64,000 nt of DNA from an uncultured bacterium. Its GTDB lineage: Bacteria > Babelota > Babeliae > Babelales > Babelaceae. The first letter of the stretch is position 1; each line of letters opens with the position of its first letter. This document shows, in pieces, positions 9,574 to 20,187 of this stretch. Below the pieces are notes generated by a model that was not told where the DNA came from, ran no database searches, and saw only the letters and a list, made by a program, of their open reading frames with translations. The stretch is from positions 512,001 through 576,000 of the forward strand of contig OY970332.1 of NCBI GenBank assembly GCA_963717435.1, read 5' to 3'. The position numbers were made by a program, and so were the translations under genes.

Positions 9574-11359
9574 CTTGTTTTTTATTAGACCGACCCTTCG
9601 ATACATTTTTTTCGCGCCAACTCGCTCAAAAAACACTCAGGGCGAGCGGTCTTCATGGCGTTGTTCAAAGTTTCATAATAAGCTCGTGATTTTCTTGTTA
9701 TCTGTACTGAATATTTTTAGTTTATTAAGTTATTCTACACGTGTTGAAATTGTTGTGCCAACCTACAAAAATCAAGATGTATGCATAGCAAATCTTAGAT
9801 CGCTAGTATCGCAAGATTATCCAAGAGACCTGTTTCATATAACAATAGTCGATGACATGTCCCCAGATAGTACAAATTATTTAATCAAAAAATATATAGA
9901 CGAAAATAATTTAAATAAGCTAGTTAAAATTATTACCAATAAAAAACGCACGGGGGCGCTTGGTAATTTCTATAAAGTTATTCATGATCTTCCCGGTGAT
10001 ACTGTGGTTTTTACGGTAGATGGGGATGACGAACTTAATGGCCCAAATGTTGTAAAAAGAGTGATTAAAGAATACGAAGAAAATAATGCATGGGTAACTT
10101 ACGGGCAGTTTAAATGGCTATCTTCTGGTAGTATGGGAATTTGCAGAGATATTCCTGATGACGTAAAAAAGCGTAATGCTTTTAGAAGTCAATCATGGGT
10201 CTTTTCTCACCTGAGAACTTTTAAAGCTTGGTTATTTCAACAAATAAAATTTGAAGATCTATTGTGTCCCGCAACTCTTGATAATAGATCTTCTGGATTA
10301 TCAAAATCTGAATTTTTCTACGACAAAGCCTGGGATCTGTCATTAATGTTTCCAATGCTTGAAATGGCGCGTGATGGGCACATAAGATATATTCCAGATG
10401 TTTTATATATTTATAACGACATGAGCCCACTTAACGACCACAAAGTTGATGCAGGCCGCGTGGTTGCATTAGACGCTTATGCTCGTAAGCGAAAAAAATA
10501 TGACGCTCTGTCAGCCCCGGTTTATATAGATAATGTACCGCAAAATATAGACCTGATTGTGTATTCTAAAGACAGACCGCTGCAATTATTAAGTTTTCTA
10601 GAATCACTAGGTAAATATGCAACTGGGGTTAATAAAGTTTTTGTTGTATACGCTTCCAGCGATGCGTATGAGCCTGGATACAAAGAAGTTTTTGAAAAAT
10701 TTAATGGGCTAACCATTTATCGACAAAATAATAATCTGCATGGAACTGATTTTAAGCAGATTAATCTCGATATAATAAACCAAATGGTTTCTAATTACGT
10801 AGCCTTTGCAGTTGATGATATTGTTGTAAAAGACAGATTCGATTTTGCAGAATGCGCCAAATATTTAAGACACACAGACGCATACGGGTTTTATTTGCGA
10901 CTTGGCGATCATGTTGATTACTGTTATACAGAAAATAGATATCAGGGCGTGCCCCACTTAATTCCGGTTTCAGAATCTATGGGCGCTTGGCGATTCTCTT
11001 CTGGTCAAGCTGATTGGAACTATCCAAACTGTTTAGATATGACAGTTTATAAAAAAGCAACCGCGATAAGTGCCATAACAAATTTAAACTATAGAGCTCC
11101 AAACTCTATGGAAGGCACATGGGCAGGGCGCGCGGACCACAACAAAATTGGGCTCTGCTATTATGACTCTAAAATTGTTAACTTGCCGTTAAATTTAGTT
11201 AACACAGAAATCACGGGCAACAGACACATGCATAGTTATTCTGTGGCGCAACTTTATGACTTGTTTAGGCGCGGATTTAAAATGGATATTAATAAACTAG
11301 AGAAAATTAAAAACAGATCGGCCCATATGGAATATGAGCCAAGTTTTATCGCAAGATAA
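9536..11359 (+). CDS. Two-domain glycosyltransferase (GT2 N-domain plus a second GT-A-like domain)
   Basis: [27 protein letters not shown]; second domain YSKDRPLQL...FAVDD; GGAG precedes ATG 9536; start uncertain. Confidence 0.8.
   Translation: MSEAKITKLFRRDLFFIRPTLRYIFFAPTRSKNTQGERSSWRCSKFHNKLVIFLLSVLNIFSLLSYSTRVEIVVPTYKNQDVCIANLRSLVSQDYPRDLFHITIVDDMSPDSTNYLIKKYIDENNLNKLVKIITNKKRTGALGNFYKVIHDLPGDTVVFTVDGDDELNGPNVVKRVIKEYEENNAWVTYGQFKWLSSGSMGICRDIPDDVKKRNAFRSQSWVFSHLRTFKAWLFQQIKFEDLLCPATLDNRSSGLSKSEFFYDKAWDLSLMFPMLEMARDGHIRYIPDVLYIYNDMSPLNDHKVDAGRVVALDAYARKRKKYDALSAPVYIDNVPQNIDLIVYSKDRPLQLLSFLESLGKYATGVNKVFVVYASSDAYEPGYKEVFEKFNGLTIYRQNNNLHGTDFKQINLDIINQMVSNYVAFAVDDIVVKDRFDFAECAKYLRHTDAYGFYLRLGDHVDYCYTENRYQGVPHLIPVSESMGAWRFSSGQADWNYPNCLDMTVYKKATAISAITNLNYRAPNSMEGTWAGRADHNKIGLCYYDSKIVNLPLNLVNTEITGNRHMHSYSVAQLYDLFRRGFKMDINKLEKIKNRSAHMEYEPSFIAR
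9587..9652 (-). repeat. Palindromic repeat copy 5 (antisense, in the N-terminal part of the 9536 ORF)
   Basis: Reverse complement agaccgctcg-CCCT-gagtg-ttttttgagcgagttggcgcgaaaaaaa-tgtatcga-AGGG-tcggtct. Confidence 0.9.
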
Positions 11360-11391
11360 AATTAATAAATTTTAAATAATTTGGGATCAAC

Positions 11392-12840
11392 ATGAAAAAA
11401 TTACAACAAAGAAAAAAGTTTTTTATAATACTAGTAATATCAGCAGTATTTTTATCAGTTTTTTACATATACCAGGTTTTCTTTAAGTTTGATCAATGCG
11501 TAGATTTTGATAAATCTATGAACGAGGGACTAAAGATAACATTTGGTGCCCACTCTACCCCTGAAGCTGAAAAAATCTGGCTCAGCGACTTGAAAAATCT
11601 TTATAAAAAAAATTGCTACGACAGTTTTGCCGAAAGTTCTGAATATAAGATCCCACCGATAATTCACCATGTTTGGCTCGGAAGCGAAATCCCAAACCAA
11701 TATAAATACTTAAGACAAACTTGGGTTGAAAAGCATCCGGGTTGGATTTTCAAATTATGGACCGATGCGGACGTAGAGCCATTTAAACTGGAAAATAAGT
11801 TATTATTTGATGCTGCACGAAACTATGGCGAAAAATCAGATATATTTAGATACGAAATATTAAAACGCTATGGCGGTTCTTATTTTGATACAGATTTTAT
11901 GTGTATTAAATCAATTGCGCCGTTACATAGATCCAACGACTTCTATACCGGAATCATGAACGCTGGTGAAGTTTTGATCGCTATAGGGGCATTGGGTTCG
12001 ATTCCTGATCATCCGTTATTAAAAGCAGTCATGACTTCTATAAGTGAAGCAGGTTCAAAATATGATATAAATAATATTATGGAAAGAACTGGACCGATCC
12101 ATTTTACAAAGATATTTGTCAAAGAGGCGCCCAAATTATCTGGTTCTATAGTTGCATATCCTGTAACGTATTTTTATCCTGTACCAAATACTATAAGAGG
12201 GCAAAACTGTTTTGATAAGGCAAAAGAATTTATAAAACCTGAAACTTTCGGTGTTCACTTGTGGGAATGCAGTTGGATGCGGCCGCAGGCTTTCTTGCAA
12301 CAAAATCAAATCGACAATTACAGTATAAATTGTAAGGACGAACACTTTGGCAGATTTGAAGTAGACAAATTTATTGATAAATATTTTGCCAAAAAACAGT
12401 TGGGCGTTTTTGTTGATATCGGTGCAGAAGATGGGGCAATGTTCAGTAACACTTATTTTTTGGAAAGATCGAGAAACTGGAAAGGAGTTTGTATAGAGCC
12501 TGAAACAAAACAGTTTTCAAGTCTTTCAAACAACAGAATAAGTTTCTGTGCAAATTGTGCAATAATCTCTCAGGGCGATAATAATAAACTTAAAGATCCA
12601 TACCCATATATTTATGATCTTGCTGACATATTACAGTACTGCAAATTTGATAAGGTCGACTATCTCTCGATTTCATCAAATCGTGCTGAAGTAATATTAA
12701 GGGCAGTAAATTTTAGCTTGTGCGACATAAAATTAATCAGTTTAAATTCCGGCCAAGACGCAGCCGAGAATATACTTATCAAAAATAATTATAAACTGAT
12801 AAAGGATCTTGGTGGTATTAAAGTTTTTGAGAAAAAGTAG
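11392..12840 (+). CDS. GT32/OCH1-like DXD glycosyltransferase fused to an FkbM-like methyltransferase domain
   Basis: IPPIIHHVWLG, KSDIFRYEILKRYGGSYFDTD, TGP; C-terminal VFVDIGAEDG..SNTYFLE..WKGVCIEP. Confidence 0.85.
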   Translation: MKKLQQRKKFFIILVISAVFLSVFYIYQVFFKFDQCVDFDKSMNEGLKITFGAHSTPEAEKIWLSDLKNLYKKNCYDSFAESSEYKIPPIIHHVWLGSEIPNQYKYLRQTWVEKHPGWIFKLWTDADVEPFKLENKLLFDAARNYGEKSDIFRYEILKRYGGSYFDTDFMCIKSIAPLHRSNDFYTGIMNAGEVLIAIGALGSIPDHPLLKAVMTSISEAGSKYDINNIMERTGPIHFTKIFVKEAPKLSGSIVAYPVTYFYPVPNTIRGQNCFDKAKEFIKPETFGVHLWECSWMRPQAFLQQNQIDNYSINCKDEHFGRFEVDKFIDKYFAKKQLGVFVDIGAEDGAMFSNTYFLERSRNWKGVCIEPETKQFSSLSNNRISFCANCAIISQGDNNKLKDPYPYIYDLADILQYCKFDKVDYLSISSNRAEVILRAVNFSLCDIKLISLNSGQDAAENILIKNNYKLIKDLGGIKVFEKK

Positions 12841-12850
12841 TTTAAATTAG

Positions 12851-13534
12851 TTATTTTCTATTGTCGTAATTTTTTTGAAGCTGCTCGTCAGTAGAAGATA
12901 TTTTGCTTAAAACTTTTTCAAATAAATTTATTATTGCATCTAAGATTAGCAAAGATTCTTCATAGCGCATTACTTTATTATTATCTTTATTATAAGAGTC
13001 TTTTAAGTTGGCAAGTTTTAATTTTAAATCAGATAACAATTTTGAATTTTCAGAATAAATACTATTATAAGCATCATGCGCATTTTTAAGCACATCTTTT
13101 CTTAAGATAATAAAATTAGGGTTTAAATCTTTAATTTGTTTCCCGTCAGCAACCTGTTTCTCTTTTGCCGCAGGATAAATATACTTTTCATAAACCTTTG
13201 AATACCAGTCGTTAATTAACTTTTCACCATTGGTTTTTATTATATCGTTAGCTAGTTTATTTAATTCTTCGTCACCAACATAAGCATCTATTTGTTTATA
13301 TAAATCAGGATCTATAAACTGGTGCAACTTTGTACCAATTTGCGTGTACTCTTTAGGTAAGCCCTCAGTGATTAAATTAAATTTAGAAAAACTGTTTCCC
13401 AGTAAACCCAAGTCTCTTATTAGCGCTTTCGGATCTATGCTCTCATATACTGGACCAGTAGTTTTTTGCTTAGAAAATATATTTCCAAAAATTAATAACA
13501 AAATACTTAAATTATAAACAGATATCTTATTCAT
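12851..13534 (-). CDS. Secreted hypothetical protein
   Basis: 227 aa ORF with signal peptide, helical composition. Confidence 0.65.
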   Translation of the reverse strand: MNKISVYNLSILLLIFGNIFSKQKTTGPVYESIDPKALIRDLGLLGNSFSKFNLITEGLPKEYTQIGTKLHQFIDPDLYKQIDAYVGDEELNKLANDIIKTNGEKLINDWYSKVYEKYIYPAAKEKQVADGKQIKDLNPNFIILRKDVLKNAHDAYNSIYSENSKLLSDLKLKLANLKDSYNKDNNKVMRYEESLLILDAIINLFEKVLSKISSTDEQLQKNYDNRK

Positions 13535-13628
13535 GATATTTTTCCCAAATTAAATTAATAATTAATTTTACGTTTTAGATTTTAATTAATTTACTAATTT
13601 AATCTCAAGAGTTATTAAAAAAATAAAC

Positions 13629-14885
13629 TTATAAGCCGTTGGTTAGTGCTTTAACCAAGTCTTTTTGGCTAACTTTGTTCTCTGCTCCAGTCATCATATT
13701 TTTTACTGTAGCCATTCGTGAAGCTTGTTCATCTGGCCCTAAAATTATCACATATTTTGCGCCAAGCTTATTTGCTTTTCGCATCATGCTCTTCATAGAT
13801 TCGCCATCCAAGAAAATCTCTGTGCATAAATTTGCAGCTTGAAGTTCGTCTGAAAGTAATAGCGCAAGTTCTTTTTGTGCTTGTTCCAGTGGGATTATTA
13901 TATTAAGTGCCGGCTCTTGTTCTAATATTAACTTATCTTTCATCTCTTCAAGCATTATTATAACGCGCTCGATTCCAACAGCTGCGCCTATTGATGGGTA
14001 ATCTTGTTTCGCGCCGATCTGTGTTGCAAGTGTGTCATATCTGCCACCGCCACAGAATGCATTTTGTGCACCAAGCGCAGTTCCAGAAAATTCAAAAACT
14101 GTTTTGTTATAGTAATCCAAGCCTCGTACTAATGCATGATTATAACTAAACGACACAGATAAATTTTGTAGATTTTCTTGCAACTGTGTCCATTCTATAT
14201 TGCATTCTGCACACAAGTTATCTGCTATATGTGGTCCAGATTTATAAAGTTGTTGGCACGATTCTGTTTTGCAATCAAATACACGCATGATATTTGATTC
14301 TTTACGCACTTTGCATTTGTCACAAATTTTATCTATATTTTCTGATAAAAATTTATATAATTTGTCTCTAAATTTTATTCTGTCAGATAGGCAACCTAAA
14401 AAGTTTAATGTAAGAGCGTAACTATCAAGTTTTAATGTTTCAGAAAAAAATCTATCAAGCATTTTTATAAATAAAACATCTTGTAATATTGAACTTGTGC
14501 CTATGGCTTCGATATTAAGTTGATTAAACTCACGATATCTTCCCTTTTGTGGTCTCTCGTGCCTGAAAACTGGGCCATAAGAAAATACTTTAAACGGGAT
14601 TGTCTCTATAGATTCATTCAAAAATGCACGCATTGTTGAGGCGGTCATTTCTGGACGCAAGCAGATCCCATCGTTATCCACTTCAGTATTAACTGTGTAC
14701 ATTTCTTTGGAAACAACGTCAGTTTCTAGACCCAAAGATCTTTTAAACAATTCTATTGGTTCAAGTATTGGTGTGCTAATCTGTTTGAAGTTATAAATTT
14801 TTAAAAATTTTTTTGCATTATCTATAAAAAAATTGAATAATTTCAGGTCTATAAAATCCTGTGTTCCCTTTATTCTTTGTATCAT
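13629..14885 (-). CDS. hisS: Histidine--tRNA ligase
   Basis: RIKGTQD, LRPEMTAS, FRHERPQKGRYREF, LVRGLDYY, GGGRYD, GIER. Confidence 0.97.
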   Translation of the reverse strand: MIQRIKGTQDFIDLKLFNFFIDNAKKFLKIYNFKQISTPILEPIELFKRSLGLETDVVSKEMYTVNTEVDNDGICLRPEMTASTMRAFLNESIETIPFKVFSYGPVFRHERPQKGRYREFNQLNIEAIGTSSILQDVLFIKMLDRFFSETLKLDSYALTLNFLGCLSDRIKFRDKLYKFLSENIDKICDKCKVRKESNIMRVFDCKTESCQQLYKSGPHIADNLCAECNIEWTQLQENLQNLSVSFSYNHALVRGLDYYNKTVFEFSGTALGAQNAFCGGGRYDTLATQIGAKQDYPSIGAAVGIERVIIMLEEMKDKLILEQEPALNIIIPLEQAQKELALLLSDELQAANLCTEIFLDGESMKSMMRKANKLGAKYVIILGPDEQASRMATVKNMMTGAENKVSQKDLVKALTNGL

Positions 14886-15009
14886 TTGGGCCCAATCATA
14901 AAATTTTTATTAATATTTTTCGTGTCGACTTCGGGTTGACTATGTGTCTTTACAATGTTAGAACGTTTAACGTTAGTATAAAACTTTTTGTTCTAAAAAG
15001 GGAGAAAAA

Positions 15010-16554
15010 ATGAACAAAAGAATTTTAATTACGCTCTTAACCCTATCTGGAGCAAGGTCTGCTCTTGCGGTTCATGGTGAGGGCAACGTTTCTGGTCATA
15101 CATTTTTTTCAGTTCAAAGACCGCCGTATGCGTCTTGTAGCCCTGAAAAAGTTTCCAACTTCAGACTGTACCGCACATGTATGAAAGAAGATGGAATTCG
15201 TGGGGCACTTGAAGTTGTGTTCTTTGGATCTCGAACTCTATATCCGGGCGATATAGCTGAGTTCTTCTTGCCGTTCGGTAAAAGATCTTTAGGTGTTTTA
15301 GAGTATAAGCCAGGTGTTTCAACGGGTGATAATATTCCAGGCAAAGATGTTGAAGCACGAAATTTTAACATAAAAACAGATAGCTCTTCAACAACATTTG
15401 GAAGTACACTAAATTTTTGTCCTAGACAAACTCTTTTTGGAGTAGGTTTTACATATAAACAGGCAATAACTATAAAGCATCATTGTGACGATGGTGACAG
15501 AACAGGATTTTGGGGAGAAGTTTCTTTCCCAGTTGTCCGCGTTACAAACACAATGGGCATGGTTGAAACAGTAACGAGTAATGGTGGTGGAGTTGTTGCA
15601 GGAACGGGTCTTGATGGTGCGCCATTTGTTCCAAATATGACGGCTGCTTTTAATCAAAGTAACTGGAAATATGGAAAGATATGCGGCAACAAAAATATGA
15701 CTAAATGGGGCGTTGCTGATATCGAGTTAAAAATAGGTTATAACACAATCGAATTTGAAAAATGCCATTTAAACTCATATGGTGGAATTGTTGTTCCAAC
15801 TGGTAATAGACCGCAGGGGCATTATGTTTTTGAACCAATAGTTGGTAATAACCACCACTTTGGAATCATGTGGGGTAATAATTTGGGCTTTGAATTGATT
15901 CATCATGGTGATCATAAGCTTGAAATGGAAACCGATACAAACAGCAGATTTTTATTCTGGAACTATCAAGTGAGATCTTACGATCTTGTTAATAAAGATT
16001 GGAGCAGATATATATCTCTATACGCCAATGGAGCTGCCGCTCAAACTGCTGCAACAAATGTTGATCCTAACTCAGGAACATCGGGTATAAATATCTTTAC
16101 CGGTTGCTTTAAAGTTAGTCCAAGATTCTCATTTAATATTAACAACGCTTTTGTTTACACACACTGCAGTGGTTTTAGCGCTGAAGCGGGCTATAACTTC
16201 TACGCGCGCCAAGCTGAAGAACTTAAGTTGAAAGATACAAAATATAACACAGCGGCGCTGCAATCTGTTGTTGGTGAAGGTTTCACAAATCCAAACAGAA
16301 CAATCAACAATAACTTGGTTCCTGCGGATGTTGCCGTTTCAGGTTATCAGGCGATAGTGCTTTCCAATATTAATATCGATTCTGCTGGTCATCCTGGCGT
16401 TATCACCAATATTTTATACGGCACGGTTGCTTACGACAGAACTGTTGTTTGTTTCCCAAGCTTTGTATCCCTTGGCGGTTCCTACGAGTTTTCTTCAATT
16501 AATACATCTTTGCATAGATGGATGTTTTGGGGCAAATTTGGCTTCTCGTTCTAG
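15010..16554 (+). CDS. Putative outer-membrane beta-barrel protein of unknown family
   Basis: Signal peptide; Gly/aromatic-rich amphipathic strands; C-terminal WGKFGFSF (BAM-type terminal Phe); own terminator. Confidence 0.65.
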   Translation: MNKRILITLLTLSGARSALAVHGEGNVSGHTFFSVQRPPYASCSPEKVSNFRLYRTCMKEDGIRGALEVVFFGSRTLYPGDIAEFFLPFGKRSLGVLEYKPGVSTGDNIPGKDVEARNFNIKTDSSSTTFGSTLNFCPRQTLFGVGFTYKQAITIKHHCDDGDRTGFWGEVSFPVVRVTNTMGMVETVTSNGGGVVAGTGLDGAPFVPNMTAAFNQSNWKYGKICGNKNMTKWGVADIELKIGYNTIEFEKCHLNSYGGIVVPTGNRPQGHYVFEPIVGNNHHFGIMWGNNLGFELIHHGDHKLEMETDTNSRFLFWNYQVRSYDLVNKDWSRYISLYANGAAAQTAATNVDPNSGTSGINIFTGCFKVSPRFSFNINNAFVYTHCSGFSAEAGYNFYARQAEELKLKDTKYNTAALQSVVGEGFTNPNRTINNNLVPADVAVSGYQAIVLSNINIDSAGHPGVITNILYGTVAYDRTVVCFPSFVSLGGSYEFSSINTSLHRWMFWGKFGFSF

Positions 16555-16641
16555 AGTAACCCGTGGGTAATGTTCCAGGGTATTTACACTGATGAACTTT
16601 GACCCCCAGTAAACTTTAACCCAATTTACTTGAATTTTTCA

Positions 16642-16667
16642 AAAACCCTCGCACTTGCGGGGGTTTT
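16642..16667 (+). terminator. Rho-independent terminator
   Basis: aaaaccctcgca-ct-tgcgggggtttt hairpin downstream of the OMP gene. Confidence 0.75.
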
Positions 16668-16701
16668 CTATTTCTCAGCTTAATTTATCTATTCAATATT
16701 A

Positions 16702-16731
16702 TTGACAATTAGAAATCAAATGCTCTACGCT
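16702..16731 (+). promoter_or_regulatory. Candidate sigma70 promoter
   Basis: TTGACA-18 nt-TACGCT upstream of 16827. Confidence 0.4.
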
Positions 16732-16826
16732 TAAATTAGCGGTAATTATATAAAAACTAATTATTAATTACAAATTATGGGTTTAAAAAGCTTAAATTGT
16801 GATTCTTGTAAAAAATTGGGAGCGTT

Positions 16827-17636
16827 ATGAAAGTGTTTAATAAATATTATTTTTTAATTCTTGCGGCGTTTTGCGGTGTATTAAAAGCTGATCTGAACGA
16901 TTTTAGATCTAAGCTTTCGCAGTACCAAAAAGATGTTAATAATACAGATCTTCTTACAAGTTTGGTTGACTCATATTTAATGCTGAATATACAAGAGATT
17001 CAGCGAGCAAATCAAAGTTTGAAGCAGGCGGGATTGGATATTGTTAAATTGCGCCAAAAGAGTGAACAAGCTTTAAGTGGAAGAGCAAAAAAGCTTGAAC
17101 TTCAGGCCCAAACAAAAGATAAACAACGTAATAAGATTTCTGCAGATTTATCCAAGGCACAAGATGAAATTAAAGCTTTGGAAAAGAGACTTGAAGAAGT
17201 AAAAAACCCAAATCAGGCTAATTTTGAACTTGAGGGGGCTATACTTGATGATGATCCAGAATTAGTTAAAGAGATTTTGGAGCGTGGAGTGGATACAAAT
17301 GGAGGCGCATTGAATTGGGTTATTAGAAATAGTGGGTCAAAAAATTCAATTGAAATTATTAACCTATTGTTGAAATATAATGCTAACCCAAACTTTAGAT
17401 TTTATGAACTTAGTCCTATTGAAGAAGCTCAAAAACTGCTTTCTGATGAAATTTATGAAAAACAGGGCAAAATAGCTTGGTTAAAATGGAAAGTAATAGG
17501 CTTGGGTGCGGATGAAAAAGATCCGGAAATAAATAGGCTTATGGAAATTGTAGATTTACTTGGAAAAAATGTACCGAGTGAAGAAGAAATTGCTAGAGGC
17601 AGTAAAAAACAAGTCGGACCTGAATATGGCCTTTAA
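16827..17636 (+). CDS. Secreted coiled-coil protein with C-terminal ankyrin-like repeats
   Basis: Signal peptide; ELVKEILERGVDTN...EIINLLLKYNANPN...SPIEEA ankyrin-like motifs. Confidence 0.75.
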   Translation: MKVFNKYYFLILAAFCGVLKADLNDFRSKLSQYQKDVNNTDLLTSLVDSYLMLNIQEIQRANQSLKQAGLDIVKLRQKSEQALSGRAKKLELQAQTKDKQRNKISADLSKAQDEIKALEKRLEEVKNPNQANFELEGAILDDDPELVKEILERGVDTNGGALNWVIRNSGSKNSIEIINLLLKYNANPNFRFYELSPIEEAQKLLSDEIYEKQGKIAWLKWKVIGLGADEKDPEINRLMEIVDLLGKNVPSEEEIARGSKKQVGPEYGL

Positions 17637-17661
17637 AAAGTTATAAAAAATTGGGGTGACT

Positions 17662-18645
17662 ATGAAAGTGTTTAAGAAATATTATTTTTTAATTCTGGCG
17701 GTTTTTTGTGGTGTATTAAAAGCTGATCTGAATGATTTTAGATCTAAACTTTCACAATACCAAAAAGATGTTAATAATACAGATCTTCTTGCAAGTTTGG
17801 TTGACTCGTATTTAATGCTGAATATACAAGAGATTCAGCGGGCAAATCAAAGTTTAAAACAGGCGGGATTGGATATTGTTAAATTGCGCCAAAAGAGTGA
17901 AGAAGTCTTAAGTGGAAGAGTGAAAAAGCTTGAACTTCAGGCACAAACAAAAGATAAACAACGTAATAAGATTGCTGCAGATTTATCTAAGGCACAAGAT
18001 GAAATTAAAGCTTTAGAGAAAAAACTTGAGGCAGGTAAAGTTTCCACAAGGGAGGCTAACCTGCAACTTGAAATTATTAACAGACAGCTTGATAATATTC
18101 AGACACAAAATGCGAAATTACAGGGTTATTTACATAATTATTCACAGGCTATCGAATCGATATTACCTAAAAATACTTTAATTGGCTCAGAGGACAACTT
18201 TGGCGGTAAAAGATTTTTAATTATCGGCCAAAATGGCTTGCTTGAAAAGCTTAAAAATATATCTTCAGAGTTGGCTGGCCTGACATCAGAATCACCTGAT
18301 TTTGAAAATAAACAAAAAGAATATAATAAAATTATCGCTGATTTTAAAGATTCTTTAAGTGAATGTAACGTTAATAAAGAGACCATAAAAGAAGAAGTTG
18401 AAGAATTAAGACAAAAAAATGATAATTTGAACAAGACTAAAACTGATCTTGAAACTTTAGTTAAGAATCTTGAAGAGCAGTTAAAATTGTCACAAAATGC
18501 TACAGAAAAGCTTGAATTGATAAAGAAATTTCAAGACGCTAGCGCAGAGATAAATAAATTAACTAAAGAAAAAGAATATTTGATCTTACGCGTACGCGAA
18601 CTCACTTCTGAGATATCTAGACTTTACGAATCCAAATCTGCTTAA
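17662..18645 (+). CDS. Secreted coiled-coil protein sharing its N-terminal ~123 aa with the upstream gene
   Basis: Near-identical N-terminus; heptad-rich C-terminus. Confidence 0.75.
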   Translation: MKVFKKYYFLILAVFCGVLKADLNDFRSKLSQYQKDVNNTDLLASLVDSYLMLNIQEIQRANQSLKQAGLDIVKLRQKSEEVLSGRVKKLELQAQTKDKQRNKIAADLSKAQDEIKALEKKLEAGKVSTREANLQLEIINRQLDNIQTQNAKLQGYLHNYSQAIESILPKNTLIGSEDNFGGKRFLIIGQNGLLEKLKNISSELAGLTSESPDFENKQKEYNKIIADFKDSLSECNVNKETIKEEVEELRQKNDNLNKTKTDLETLVKNLEEQLKLSQNATEKLELIKKFQDASAEINKLTKEKEYLILRVRELTSEISRLYESKSA

Positions 18646-18848
18646 TATTATTTATCTTGTTATTTATCTTGCACAAGTTTTTCCCGTGTAATACTCTTTC
18701 TGCGTTAACTTTTCCAGTAAAATTATAACGCAAAATAAAATTTGAGTATTGTATGGTATTTGATTTACAAACAAAAAGAGAAGCAAGAATAATATTTTTA
18801 ATATTTTCGATATTTTATAACACAGTTAATTTAGTTGGTCAGGGTAAC

Positions 18849-19859
18849 ATGGAAAAACAACAAGATAATCAAAACAGCAAACAAACTATATTAATCACAG
18901 GCGGAGCGGGGTATATAGGCTCTGCGGTTGCCTATTATATGGCACAAGCCGGTCATAAAGTTATAATTATCGATAAATTAGTACATGGTCAAAAATTTGA
19001 TCATAAATGGGCTGAGTTAATAGTATCAGATTTTTCAGATGAACAAGTTCTTGCAGATATTTTAACTAAAAACAAAATCGACGCAGTTGTGCACTGCGCA
19101 GCATCTATAGAAGTTGGAATCTCCGTAAAATCCCCCAAAGATTTTTATGAAAATAACGTTGTTAAAACGTTAAAATTATTAAACACTCTTGTTAAATATA
19201 ATATTAAAAAAGTGATATTTTCTTCAACTTGCGCGGTTTATGGGTTACCAAAATATCTTCCATTAACAGAAGATCATCCCAAAGAACCCATAAGCGCATA
19301 TGGCAATACAAAACTTACTATGGAATTTATTTTAAATGATTACCAAATTGCTTATGGCCTGTCCTATGTCGCGCTTAGATATTTTAATGCAGCAGGCGCG
19401 ATTGTTGATCAAAATCTGGGGGAAATACATGAACCCGAAACCCATCTTATCCCGATAATTATAGATTCTGTTTTTAAAAATAAAGTCTTTAAAGTATTTG
19501 GTTCTGATTATAAAACGCAGGACGGAACAAATATTCGGGATTATTTACACATAAAAGACATAGCAACTGCACATATAAAGGCTTTAAACTTGCTTGATAA
19601 TGGAGTTAGGTGTGCCCAAGTAAATCTTGGCACAGGACACGGATATTCTGTAAACGAAGTTGTTGAAGCGGTGCAAAAAGAGCTTAATCTGCCGGTAAAT
19701 ACGCAATATTCTCAAAGACGTCCGGGCGATCCTGATATTTTGGTCGCTGATCCGTCTAAAGCAAAAGAGATTCTTGATTGGCGCCCTGAGCATTCTAGCT
19801 TGCATGAAATTGTCAAAGATGCCTGCCAGTTCTACAAAAATAATCATCTTAAATCTTGA
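18849..19859 (+). CDS. galE: UDP-glucose 4-epimerase
   Basis: ILITGGAGYIGS, FSSTCAVYG, YGNTK, LRYFNAAGA, ETHLIP, RDYLH, RRPGDP. Confidence 0.93.
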   Translation: MEKQQDNQNSKQTILITGGAGYIGSAVAYYMAQAGHKVIIIDKLVHGQKFDHKWAELIVSDFSDEQVLADILTKNKIDAVVHCAASIEVGISVKSPKDFYENNVVKTLKLLNTLVKYNIKKVIFSSTCAVYGLPKYLPLTEDHPKEPISAYGNTKLTMEFILNDYQIAYGLSYVALRYFNAAGAIVDQNLGEIHEPETHLIPIIIDSVFKNKVFKVFGSDYKTQDGTNIRDYLHIKDIATAHIKALNLLDNGVRCAQVNLGTGHGYSVNEVVEAVQKELNLPVNTQYSQRRPGDPDILVADPSKAKEILDWRPEHSSLHEIVKDACQFYKNNHLKS

Positions 19860-19920
19860 TTCCCAAATTACGGTTTTATTACAATAAAACTGTAATTTAT
19901 TATTTTTTTTAGGGGGATCT

Positions 19921-20172
19921 ATGAATAAAAATTTTTATTTTCTGTCGTTAATTTCGCTTGTCTTTTTATGTTGTCTTGCAACAGTTTTGGATACTGGAAA
20001 CGAACAAAAACGACAGGACTATATTTCGCAGATTGAAGCGATAGATATAGAACTTCGTGAGCTGAGAGCTAAGCGCCCAGAGGCAGGTGATGCGATAATA
20101 GACGGAAAAATTAGAACAAGGCTGCAAGAAAGAAGTATTATCGCAAATAATCTCGAAAATCTGCCAAAATAA
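19921..20172 (+). CDS. Small secreted/membrane-anchored hypothetical protein
   Basis: GGGGGA RBS, hydrophobic N-terminus, 83 aa. Confidence 0.55.
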   Translation: MNKNFYFLSLISLVFLCCLATVLDTGNEQKRQDYISQIEAIDIELRELRAKRPEAGDAIIDGKIRTRLQERSIIANNLENLPK

Positions 20173-20187
20173 CTAATTTTATTTATC

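Noticed and set aside
16555-16630. CTGATGA in the OMP 3' UTR suggesting a hammerhead ribozyme
   Set aside because: The short act/agt stem is followed by AAAC rather than the required GAAA, and I could not build stems I and III.
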